Positions 41,078 through 64,000 of a DNA stretch of 64,000 nucleotides are shown piece after piece. Within the stretch, counting starts at the first letter, position 1, and the number at the start of each line of letters is the position of its first letter. This stretch comes from the human T2T-CHM13v2.0 reference genome, Homo sapiens. The notes below the pieces were generated by a model, which was not told the origin of the DNA, made no database searches, and saw only the letters and a list, made by a program, of their open reading frames with translations. The DNA is taken from assembly GCF_009914755.1 (NCBI RefSeq), contig NC_060931.1, one strand, 5' to 3'. The translations under genes and the position numbers were made by a program.

Positions 41078-42454
41078 CTAGATCGCACCACTGCACTCCA
41101 GCCTGGGTGACAAGAGTGAGACTCTGTCTCAAAAAAAAAAAAAAAAAAAAGACATGAAAACTTGACTCTTGATAGACAATTCTAGCAATATACAAACTGT
41201 TTTTACTTTGTTTCCCTACAGTCTTGAATTTGTTGTCCAACTCATTTTCTGGTTACGAATTTAAAATTACAGCATAATGCCAATGTCTGAGATGTAATCT
41301 GTTATTGGTTTAAATTCAGGATTCATAATATAATATGGAGTCTGCTCACATATTCCATGGGCTCATGTAGTGATGTTAATTATGTTTCAGAAAAAAAGCA
41401 TCATGGTCATCCATTCTCAATAGACACTGTTGAATTACAAAACTAGCCCTAATATGTAGAATGTCAGTCAACAATGAGAATTCCTTTATATCTACACATT
41501 ATGAGAATATTTAGGTAAGTTACTTAATAAATCCTGGTCCCAACTTAAAAAGTGACTTTTGCTGAGGCGGATGGATCGATTGAGTTCAGGAGTTTGACAC
41601 CAGCCTGGACAACATAGGGAAACCCTGTCTCTATGAAAAAAAAAAAAAAAGCAAAAACCTAAAAACCACCACCAACTAAAACCTAGTCAGGCATGATGGT
41701 GCAGGACTGTGGTCCCAGCTACTCTGGAGAGTGAGGTAGGAGGATTTCTTGGACCGGGGAGGTCAAGGCTATACTGATCTATGTGATTGTGCCACTGCAC
41801 TCCAGCCTGGGTGACAGAGCAAGACCATCTCAAAAAATATATAGAATAATAACTTTTCCACCCCAGAAAGATACTGGTTCCACAAGTTTATTAAAAAAAT
41901 AAAATAAAATGGCCGGGTGCGGTAGCTCACGCCTGTAATCTCAGCACTTTGGGAGGCCAAGGCGGGTGGATCACGAGGTCAGGAGATTGAGATCACCCTG
42001 GCCAACATGGTGAAACCCTGTCTGTACTAAAAATACAAAAAAAAAAAAAATTAGCTGGGCATGGTGGCCCGTGCCTGTAATCCCAGCTACTCCGGAGGCT
42101 GAGGCAGGAGAATCGCTGGAACCCCAAGAAGCAGAGGTTGCAGTGAGCCGAGATCACGCCATTGCACTCCAGACTGGACAACAAGAGTGAAACTCTGTCT
42201 CAAAATAAAATTAAAAAAAACAAAAAATAAAAAACAATGTGTGCACAATTCTGTTAATCATTTATAACAAAGGTCATAAACTGGTGACCTGGGGTTGGGA
42301 TTCAGCTGATATGTGGTTTTGACGTACATTGTTTAAACAGTAACAAAAAATTAGTTTCAAATTGGGAGATTTTGAGTAAAAAAGCCCAAGTTTTGGGGAG
42401 TCTTTTGAAAAACTGAAAAATCTGGTGACACTACATTTTTACATTGGGTTTTAA

Positions 42455-42757
<303 letters not shown>

Positions 42758-42765
42758 TGACTTGT

Positions 42766-43000
42766 AAGTAGAAGCTAAATAATGGCAACACGTGGACATA
42801 GAGTGTGGAATAATAGACACTGGAGAGTAGGAAGGGTGGGAGGGTGCTGAAGAATACGAAATTACTTAGTGGATACGATCGATGTACATTATTCAGGTGA
42901 TGCTTATGCTAAAAGCCTAGACTTCACCACTACGTAACATATCCATGTAATAAAATTGCTCCTGTGGCCCTTAAATTTATACAAAAAAAAAAAAAAAAAA
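42766..43000 (+). mobile_element. L1MA/L1PB-type 3' end with A tail
   Basis: GGACATAGAGTGTGGAATAATAGACACTGGAG...AAAAGCCTAGACTTCACCACTA followed by poly(A). Confidence 0.75.
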
Positions 43001-43009
43001 TTAACAAAG

Positions 43010-45420
<2,411 letters not shown>

Positions 45421-45891
45421 GTTAGGAGGTCAGAGTAGATTTTTTATTATAAAATATTTCAAAGAAGAGAAAGTAAATATACGTGTATTCCATGGTGAGG
45501 TTTAATAAATTTTAACATTTTCCAAATTTGGTTGACTTGAAATACATATCCACTCACACATCCATGTCCATCTGAAGCTTGTATCTCCCTGAACCCACCC
45601 CAAAATAATTACTATATCTAAAGCATGTTACCTTCATTTGTATTTACACTATGACCTTATATTTACCATTTATAGAGAGTACAGCATATTGTTTTGCAGA
45701 CTTTTAAATTTGACGTAAAGAATATCACATAAGTTTTGCTTTGGCTTTTGTTTGTACACAATTTTAGATTTATTCATGTTGTATCAAATGGCTCTAATTT
45801 AATCAACTATCTTGTTATACTGTGCAAATATGCAACTTATTTATCCTTTCTCCTATGGTCATTTAGATTGTTGGCAATCTTTCAACTGTAA

Positions 45892-46164
<273 letters not shown>

Positions 46165-46243
46165 TGAGCCACCGCGCCCAGCCTCAATTATGGTTTTTAA
46201 TGAATTTGAACAAATACAAGTATCTGAGAAGAGTTAACCCTAA

Positions 46244-46578
<335 letters not shown>

Positions 46579-46654
46579 TAAGAGTACTATAGGCCAGGAA
46601 CGGTGGCTTAGGCCTGTAATCTCAGCACTTTGGGAGGCCGAGGTGGGCAGATCA

Positions 46655-47186
<532 letters not shown>

Positions 47187-47298
47187 AAATTATGAGCAAA
47201 ATAAAAGAGGTAATTCAGGCTGGGTGCACTGCCTCACCCATGTAAGCCCAGCACTTTGGGAGGCTGAGGTGGGTGGATCACCTGAGGTCAGCTGTTCA

Positions 47299-47689
<391 letters not shown>

Positions 47690-48185
47690 GATTATGTGTC
47701 TTATTTACAGTAAAAACTACAACATATTTCTGTTAACTTAAACCTAAGTATATGGTAGGAATGAATGATACAGAGAAATGGTTGAGTGACAATAGCAGGA
47801 GACTTTGGCCTATGTAAAACAATTAATATGGAATTTATAGAACCTAATAATAAATGTACTGGCAAGGGTTAATGAAAATGTTTCTCTTAAGAATCTGAAA
47901 ATGTTTCAGAAAATATAAATTCATGAACTTACTTCTAAAATGTTTTTAACTTGAAGATGTAATGTTAGTATGTCAGAAGTAAACATGAAACTTTTAACTT
48001 CCTCCTCCTTGATATCATGCAAACTATGCTACTGAGACAGGAATTGAGATATCTTCATCAGGCTCTTTATAATTATCAAGAATGGTGGAGGGCCGGGCGC
48101 GGTGGCTCACGCCTGTAATCCCAGCACTTTGGGAGGCTGAGGCTGGGCAGATCATGAGGTCAGGAGATTGAGACCATCCTGGCTA

Positions 48186-48453
<268 letters not shown>

Positions 48454-48681
48454 TTACTAATCTTGAATATTTTAATTCTTAGGTAGATGAGGCAAAGAGC
48501 CTCACCATTTGCTTTTTGCCTAAAAATAAGGTATCTTTTCCTTCATGTTAAACTCATGCTCTTTGCTTTCCTTTCACACAATGTACCCACAAAGGAAATG
48601 ATTTTTTGAATAGTCCAGAAACAAAAAGGCAAGGTCACTGAACACTTTCATCATTATTTCCCAACTTGATAATACATCTGA

Positions 48682-48993
<312 letters not shown>

Positions 48994-51900
48994 TGAGCCA
49001 TAGTGCCTGGCCTATAACTCATTTTTAACACCACACTTTACCCACAATGAAAATAGATTAACTTCCATCATATTCTCTTAATTATGGCAGTCAGAAGTTG
49101 GCTAAGGGGCCAAGCGTGGTGGCTCACACCTGTAATTCCAGCACTTTGGGAGGCCGAGGCTGGAGGACCCCTTAAGCCTAAGAGTTAGAGACCAGCCTGG
49201 GTAATACAGGGAGGCCCCTATAAGGAGACCCTCTAACTCTTTGAAAAAAAAAAAAAGTCTGTTAATGTTCAAAGGGAAGGGACGTAACTCCACATCTTGA
49301 TAAGGGTAGTGGCAAGGTTCGAGAAGGGTATGAGACTTTAAATATTGTTGGGGTCATTTCTGCAAAACACAACTTGCCATAGGTTTCTTTTGTAAAATGG
49401 GAGACCAGTGATTACCAAAAGGCAGCAGGGAAAAAGAACTGGCATGATCCCTTGATATGGATATGTTTTTATGTAGGTCAATTTTAATAAAGGATTTACA
49501 TGGGCACTGCGATCTGAATTTGCATTCCCTTAAAGCTATTTATGCCTGCATATCCCTTAGAAAGTTTAATATTCCCAGGAGTATGTAGACCCTTGTTTGA
49601 AGACTCTACTATAGACTACACTTCCATCCTTTAAGCATATGAATTTTTAAGATGTATACTTAATTGTAAGTTTTTCTAAAAAGTTATTCAGCATTTTTAT
49701 AGAGGTAAAATGTGTATCCTAGAACATTAAAAAACAATCCCTTTCATTTTAAAGAATAATCAATTCCTTTTACTCAGATAAATAAAAATAGAGTAACGGT
49801 AACAAACCAAATGGCCAATGCCACAAGAATTTTGATAACTGAATACACTACTTACAGTGTATGCATCTTTCCTGAGGACAAAAATTTTTCTTAAAAAACT
49901 CAGGCCAGGTCTCTAGAAGTAGATGTTGGTAAGCGTTAGCAAGAAATTTTACCTTTGTTTTATGTTACACTTACAGTGAAATAAAATGTACGTAGACCAT
50001 TAGAAGAGTTACAGTTTGAATGTCTTCCAAATATGATATAAATACACTGGCACAAAATCCTAACTTCTGTTTTCGTCTTTACTAATAACCCAATGATCTA
50101 AGAGATGCTTCAGTAAATTATCTCCAAATGTCATTTCCTAAAGACAACATTTCTTACCTATAAAGTTCAATAAAGTATTTAAAAAAGTATTCCCTTTGCT
50201 TTAATTTCCATTATACATCATGACCTCAACATATCTGGAAAGACATAATGTTGGGAATAAGGACTTTTTCTTTAAAATACTGGGGAAAAATTACTAAGTT
50301 ATCCCTTTTATATACAGGGTGTAGGTAGAACAATATAGTAGTTACAATCAGAATTTCTACATCCATTTATCACTTAAGTACCTACTATCTTGCAGACACT
50401 ATTCTAAAAACTAAGGAAATGGGGGTAAATGAGAAAGTAACAGCTACCACTTATTGAGTGCTTACTATGTGCCAGGCTCTGGCTTAAGAGTTTCATACAT
50501 AAATTCATTTAATCCTCCAACACAACACCTCTATGACACAGGTACTATTAATTTTCTCATCTTACACATGAGAAAATTGAGGCATAGAGAAGTGAACTCA
50601 TCCAGCTAGTAACTTGTAGAAACAGCATTTCCAAAATCCTGGCTTTCATGGAGCTTTTATTAATCTAAAAGCCTTCCATTCTTATTTTCTAGTCTCTGTG
50701 AAATACCTAATGAACAAATTTCTGTGGGTATGGTTCAAATAGGAGGTGTGACCATTTTGTTTTTACACGTTTCTTTCTGGGAATGTTGAAACAAAAGTTT
50801 TACTAGCTCTATCTTCGTATTTTGTAACTTCAAAATGCCTAGAGTCTGTGTTACATGTTAAAACACCTGATTTTGGCCGGGCATGGTGGCTCACGCCTGT
50901 AAACTCAGCACTGTGGGAGGCTGAGATGGGTGGATCATTTGAGATCATGAGTTCGAGACCAGCCTGGTCAACATGGTGAAACTAAAAATACTAAAAATAC
51001 TAAAAATACATGTTCTGGGCTGGGCACGGTGGCTCATGCCTGAAATCCCAGCACTTTGGGAAGCCAAGGTAGGGGATCACTTGAGACCAGGAGTTCAATC
51101 GAGACCAGCCTGGCCAACACGGTGAAACCCCATCTCTATTCAAAATACAAAAATGAGCCAGGCGCGTGCCTGTATTCCCAGCTACTCAGGAGGTCGAGGC
51201 GGGAGACTCGTATGAACCTGGGAGGCGGACGTTGCAGTGAGCCAAGATTGCGCCACTGCACTCCAGCGTGGGCAACAGAGTGAGACCCTATTTCAAAAAC
51301 AAAACAAAACAAACAAAAAAAACAAAACATGGTCTCTACTAAAAATACAAAAATTAGCCAGGCATGGTGACATGTGCCTGTAGTCCCAGCTACTCAGGAG
51401 CCGAAGGTTGCAGTGAGCCAAGATTGCACCACTGCACTCCAGCTTGGGCAACAGACTCCATCTCAAAAAACAAACAAAAAACCACTTGATTTTTAAAAAA
51501 TAGTTGGGGTAACAATTCTTCCATATTTTTCTCTCCAGAACTATAGGTATATATCCATAGCATCCCTTAATTTGGAAAACCACTTCTCTACTCCAGGTAG
51601 GCCCAGTGGTGTTCAAGGTCACAGAATCCTGTCTCATTATGGTGATGTGTCCATGATTCAAGTTAATTAGGTCTCACTGTGGCCTTGGCCACAGTTAATT
51701 GGTTCAATAATACAGAAACATGATCTAAGTATGGCAAATTTGTCTTCTCTTGGATTGATGGAGATGAGAGATGTTCTTTTTGCAATGGAAGTGATTTGAG
51801 GCTGCTGGTAGCTATCTTCTTTGGCCTCAAGAGAAACTAACTCCATAATGCTAAGAGGTATAGAGAAATTCAGATAGAACACTTTGATTTAGCAATGCAT

Positions 51901-52214
51901 GGTCTATTCTTGCCTTTTCCAGTTAAATGAGTATAAAGTTATGCTTAAATGGGTTTCTGGGGCTTCAAGTTTTAATGCATTTTAACAGAAGCATTAGATA
52001 AAATGAGTATGAACAGAACTCTGTTATTCTCATCCTCATTATTTACGAACAAATACAGAGCTGTCTACAGCTCAAAGGATGGTTTACCTATTTCATTTTC
52101 AAAAATAATTTGCAAAACATTTACCTATGAACTCTAAGTGACTACAAAGCATTACTGTAGTAAGTCTACTTCTTTATCATACCACAAAACCACAATAGCT
52201 AGAAGACAAAATGT

Positions 52215-52220
52215 TTTATT
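52215..52220 (-). terminator. Proximal MPLKIP polyadenylation signal
   Basis: TTTATT on + (AATAAA on -), ~300 nt after the stop, followed on - by GU-rich sequence. Confidence 0.7.
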
Positions 52221-52515
52221 TTAAAACATTGAAAAAACATTAAAAGACAAATGTCCATTATGTAACCAGGAATGTTAAATATATGGAAACGGTAAATCTC
52301 TAAAATGTGGTAGGTACTTCCAGAGCTAAATGTTGCAAGTTATCCTACTTTTTTCTCTAATATCAACAATACCTGATACGATGAAAAATAACAAAAAGAC
52401 CTTACTAATTATCCAATCAAAGTCATCATCTTTGGGTAAATTTATATCAACACAACTTAAAGTTTTGTCCAAGATGTTCCTGACACATGAAGCTTCCAGT
52501 TGAATTTCAGAAATG

Positions 52516-52734
<219 letters not shown>

Positions 52735-53444
52735 TTAAAAAAACACTTAGTAAAGATAATTGGTACTTCTTCCTTTAGCTAAAGGTTAGCGGGAATCACA
52801 TTGCTGCTTAAAAGTTGTGACTTGAACCTAAATAATGTTCAATTACAAAGTCCATGCTTCCTTTAATCAAGTGTTCCTATTTTTTAAAAAAAGTACTTAA
52901 AGCAATTCGTTATTCTCATTTATTTATAATTCCATGACCACTGTCATCTCAAATACTTTTGTGTCTAATGTAGTAACTTTGCAGTAATTAAATACAAGCA
53001 GTGATGAAATCAAGTAATTATATTCAATTTTCCCTCGAAATTTTCACTTTTTTCAGGAGAAAACAATACTATAGTTTTAAAGTTTCTAGAACCTTTCTAG
53101 CTCATGAACATTTTCTTTACTCCTTAGCTCCAGGCTCAAAAGGGGTAGGGGGTTGGTGTAGAATACAGCAAGTTGGAAAACCACGTAGTTGCAAGTTGTA
53201 AACCACAGAAATCCCAGACATGCTAGAGATACTCTCTCTGTCTTTTGTATTTACTCTCACTAAAGGAATGGAAAACTTCCACTACCACCGATTTTCTTTT
53301 CAGGGAAGTTGGAGCAGAAGCCAGTGTAGCTCGAAAGAAAGATAAAAAAAAAAAAAAAAAAAAGAAAAAGAACTATTTCTTGAAACAAACTGGCAAGGCC
53401 TTTGGCAAACAGGAGGAAATGGAGAATTAGGAAAATCTGTGTAC

Positions 53445-54102
<658 letters not shown>

Positions 54103-54456
54103 CTAGTCCTTTACCAAAACAGTCCTCCGACCGCAGCCACCCTACGGCACATCAGTTCCGGCGTCACAAAGGTTCCGCCAGGGGCGGCGGGATTACCTAA
54201 ATCACTGACTTGGCGAGAGACTCAGTGGATTTAAGTGAAAAGAGGAAGAAAAGGAGACAGGAAAGGACGGACACCCAAGCCCAGCAACAACCTTTCCAGT
54301 CTGAGTGCCCTTGGTCTGACCGACAGACTAGAAGCTGGCCCAGCAGGCGACTAGTGCTCAGCCCCGCCCGGCGGGGGCGGGGTCTGCGGCGTCCGTGGGC
54401 GCCCCCCAGTGGCGGCGGGTGGCGCCGCACGGAGTTCGCCGCTTGCACCGGGACCG

Positions 54457-54577
54457 ATGCCATCTGAGACGCACGCGATGCTGGCGACGCTGGCGAGGGT
54501 GGCAGCTCTGCGCAGAACCTGCCTCTTCTCCGGCCGGGGCGGCGGGAGGGGGCTGTGGACTGGCCGCCCGCAGTCAG
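54457..54577 (+). CDS. SUGCT: SUGCT (succinyl-CoA:glutarate CoA-transferase, C7orf10) exon 1 encoding the mitochondrial presequence
   Basis: MPSETHA-MLATLARVAALRRTCLFSGRGGGRGLWTGRPQS; in-frame ATGs at 54457 and 54478; donor CAG|gtaccc at 54578. Known head-to-head neighbour of MPLKIP. Confidence 0.92.
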
Positions 54578-55093
54578 GTACCCTCCGAGATTCGGTCTGG
54601 GTGGCTAAAGGGATCCCTGCCCCAGCTTGCCTCCTCGGGCGCCCTGAGGAGAGCAATTAGGGTCTGAAGTCTCTGCTGACCCCTTAGCGGTGGCTTTGCT
54701 CGCCTCCCTGCAACCCCGTTCCGTGGGCCTGCGGCCGGCCTGCCCCGCTCTGGCCGCCCAGGGTCGCCTCTGTCCCGTGCGTTGTTGTGACCGAGGGCTC
54801 CGTGCGCCGTGGGGTCCCGCTCCTGCGCGTCCCGCGGCTCGCGTTTGGGGCCTCTTTACTCCTGTCCTTTCGTCCGCCAAGTTTAAGTAACTTCGAAAAT
54901 GCACACCAAGCCACATTTCAGAAAGGACTTTAGCCCGCTGCTTTGAATAACTTGACACTTCATGTACAATAAAAGATGCCCTTGTACAGTTACCTGTTGC
55001 AGAATTTTATTTAGAGGATGAAATTTAGCTTTACTACAGTGTTATAGAACTTTCTTTACTCCCTCTGAATTTGGGAATGGTAATCCACTATGA

Positions 55094-61209
<6,116 letters not shown>

Positions 61210-61801
61210 TGTTATAAATAAAGGTTTGGTGCCACAAAAGAAATAGCACTGGAATATAAAATTTTCTTTTTAATTCTCAGCAAGGCAATGTACTTCTATA
61301 GAAGAATGCGCCCTTACAGATGGAACAATGGTGAGCACACACCTGGACAAGGGAGGGGAAGGGGTTCTTATCCCTGATGCACGTGGCCCCGCTGCTGTGT
61401 CATTCCCCTATTGGCTAGGTTTAGACCACACAGGCTAAACTAATTCCAATTGGCTAATTTAAAGAGAGTGACGGGGTGAGTGGTTTGGCAGGAAAAATGG
61501 TTATGGCAGAGCAGGAAATCTGAATGAGTCAGGGTGGAGAATGAGCAGGTAATCGGAATGACTTAGGGTGGAATAGGTAACTGGAATTAGTCATGGTGGA
61601 GCAGGTAATCAGAATGAGTCAAGGTGAAGCAGGTAATCGGAATGAGTCAGGGTGGAGCAGGTAATTGGAATGAGTCAGGGTAGAGCAGATAATTGAAAAA
61701 GGTTGCTTTACCAGGAAGTTAAGTTTAAAACTAGAAAGCAAAGAATTGAACCTACTGACAAACTGATTCTTTGAAGAGAAATTTAGAACTCATATCTAAC
61801 A
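61210..61801 (-). mobile_element. LTR10-family (LTR10A/F-like) 3' LTR of a HERV-I/HERVIP10 provirus
   Basis: On - it begins TGTTAGATATGAGTTCTAAATTTCTCTTCAAAGAATC and ends ATTTATAACA (TG...CA). It contains an internal 28-bp TGACTCA tandem repeat. A purine tract lies immediately upstream (61802-61813). Confidence 0.88.
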
Positions 61802-64000
61802 TTCTGTCCTCTTGCATTTCCTTACGGCTCTTTTTCTTCAAACTTCTTTAACATGTCTTGGCTTAGTTGTTCTACAGATTTTCCAAAAGAAGAAGCTTCT
61901 TTACATAAGGCAGAGAATAGTTAAGGGAGGTTTTAGTAAGTGCTGTTTTTATGAGCCTCTGCACCAACCCATGGATGCATGGTGTGACACAGCACCTGAC
62001 AAGAGTAAGTACACCCATTATGGCTGCGAGGGAAGTAAGAACTGAGGCTATTATTCTTTTCCACTTACTGAACCACTTTTCTAGCCATCCTGTAAAGGAG
62101 TCATTTACCCCTGAGTTGTTGGCTAACTCATTGGACACAGCACTCAGACCTTGCAATGCCTTTGTTATACTTCCATCAGGGACAGTGTTGTTTGGGATGA
62201 AGGTACAACATTTGTGTTTTAATCATGATACAAACTCCTCCTCTTTCTGCTAATATCATGTCTAAGGCTATCCTATTTTCCCAAGCCATGTGGCTTGTAG
62301 CCCCTAATTACTCAGCTATTCCTTTAACAGCATCTCTAGTATAGTTAATAAATTGCTGTTGGTTGTAATAGATGTAGTTTATCCAATCTACATTTTTATT
62401 AATTGTCACCCACCAAAATATTGACTCAAATTCTGTAGCTATTTGATTTTGGGGTTTAAATTGATCTGGTATTCCCTGTGGGACTCCAATTGCATTTAAA
62501 TAGATGTGAGAGTCGAAAGACCCATAAGAGGCTTCCCTTGCTTTATGACGTCTGGTTTTTCCTTCCTCTGCTTGATGAAAGGCCAGAGTAAAAGGGATAG
62601 CCGATTGGACTAGAGCATAAATACTGCTCTAATTATTTGGCAGAGTGTCCAGTAAAGGTCCTCCATAATCCCACCATACATCCGCTTAGGGATGAATAAG
62701 GGCAGACTGATAGGTCAGCTCTTGGAAGTGCCACACTTCACTGCATCCTGTTAAGTCTCCAAGGAATGCCAAATTTTTCCCTTGGTCGTTGGAGACATGA
62801 GGTAAAATTGATTTTGGAAAATGGAGGCTGGATGGCCCTTGGGGGCTGACCCGCAGCATGCTGGACTTTGGGATATAGCAGAGAGAGAGTGTGGCACAAC
62901 TTGTTACTCTAGGCTGTAGAATCCTGGAAAAGAGCTACCATGCAGCCCATGCCTGGTTGACTGGATGACCACCCTAGTGGAAAGGGGACAGTCTGGGCCT
63001 CTGGCCTGCGGTGCGCACAAGCATAACAATTGCTTTTGTTTAACGTGCAGACGGAATATTTGATCCATTCCAACCAGGCATTTGCATCTTGGTATCTTGT
63101 CTTAATTGCCGAAGTTTGTTTTAAGTCTTTAACTTGTATGATAGCTATCTTGGTCTTGTCGTTAGATGGAGGAGTGGCAATTGTTCAGTTGTGAGAGGTT
63201 TTGGAAGAAGGCTTAGAGGAAGGTGCAGGCACTGGGGGATCAAATAAACACATTTCAAAGAATCCAATAGGGTCTGTCCCTGAAACCTCAGCCCCCATAC
63301 CATAAAACTGGCTTAAAGAAGGGAACTGGCTTAGAAAAGGGGAAGAAGTTTGAGGGTTCGAGATAATAACCTGTATTGGAATGCACTGGTTTAGCTGACC
63401 CCCAGTTGGGGGTTGGCTGTCCCTCTAGTAAAATGAATGTATGGTTTTAGGAAATTACAAAAACTGGTTGGGGCAGTCCATCCTTGCTCTTTAGTGGTCC
63501 ACAGAATGTTGGACAAACTACGGCATAAAAGCTCTACACTGGGGGGCAAGACTCCTGGTTGACACTGGGGTCTTTACCAAAATCTCCCTGGATTAAGTGG
63601 TCTCAATTCACTAATGTCTAGTCTCAGGAGAGTCAGGAGGGAGAGAGGTACTTTTCTGAAGTAGAGAGCTGTCTTTGACTTGGCAAGTCCCCACAGGGTA
63701 TAACAAGGCAAGCATCAAATGCAATAGTTTGAAGAGAAATTGACTTGGTTATGTTAATAACTAGATGGTCAGCAATAGAGCGAGGAAAGAAGAAAGAGTA
63801 ATAGAATAGATGAAAGAGAGTGAAATTTTTCTTTGCTTTAGTTTGGTAGGGTTTTCCCCTGGGACTATGGCCCATGACTCTGGAGGGGGCGGCGCTTTCT
63901 TGACTCAGGTGTGATGAGTCTATTCCCTTTCCCACTGTAAGAACAGCAGTCTTGGTGGTTAGCAGCACAAGGTAGGGTCCTTCCCAGGGTGGCTGGAGTT
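61802..64000 (-). mobile_element. ERV internal region: defective env (SU+TM) and the end of pol integrase; continues beyond the window
   Basis: Cleavage-like RHKAR near 62540; immunosuppressive domain WENRIALDMILAERGGVC near 62280-62230; TM anchor in ORF 61872-62156. In-frame TAA at 62308-62310 and a frameshift before the CC motif. Integrase-like GPYLVLLTT at the window end. Confidence 0.88.

Noticed and set aside
61515-61695. Regularly spaced ~28-bp repeats superficially like a CRISPR array
   Set aside because: They are head-to-tail tandem units without unique spacers, inside a retroviral LTR in a mammalian genome.

Overview
Human (primate) genomic DNA, recognisable as chr7p14.1. It holds the last three coding exons and the ~4.6 kb 3' UTR of CDK13 (+). 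The complete two-exon MPLKIP/TTDN1 gene (-) and SUGCT exon 1 (+) lie head-to-head across a CpG island. Between CDK13 and MPLKIP is a very Alu-dense interval containing a HIGD1A processed pseudogene, a 5'-truncated METAP2 copy nested inside a Tigger3a inside an old L1, a Y1 RNA pseudogene, DNA transposon fossils and MaLR LTRs. The window ends in a minus-strand HERV-I/HERVIP10-type provirus (env remnant plus an LTR10 3' LTR with a 28-bp AP-1 tandem array). Almost all ORF-track entries are Alu or L1 artefacts. The best leads are (1) a 48-nt in-frame cassette exon candidate in CDK13 just upstream of the LPLWQDCHE kinase-extension exon, (2) a TSD-flanked composite insertion that copied ~225 bp of local DNA from 17 kb away, and (3) the AP-1 array LTR 7 kb from the MPLKIP/SUGCT promoter. 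All identifications were made by eye and from recall, with no database searches. Repeat boundaries are approximate, and Alus are reported as clusters rather than exhaustively.
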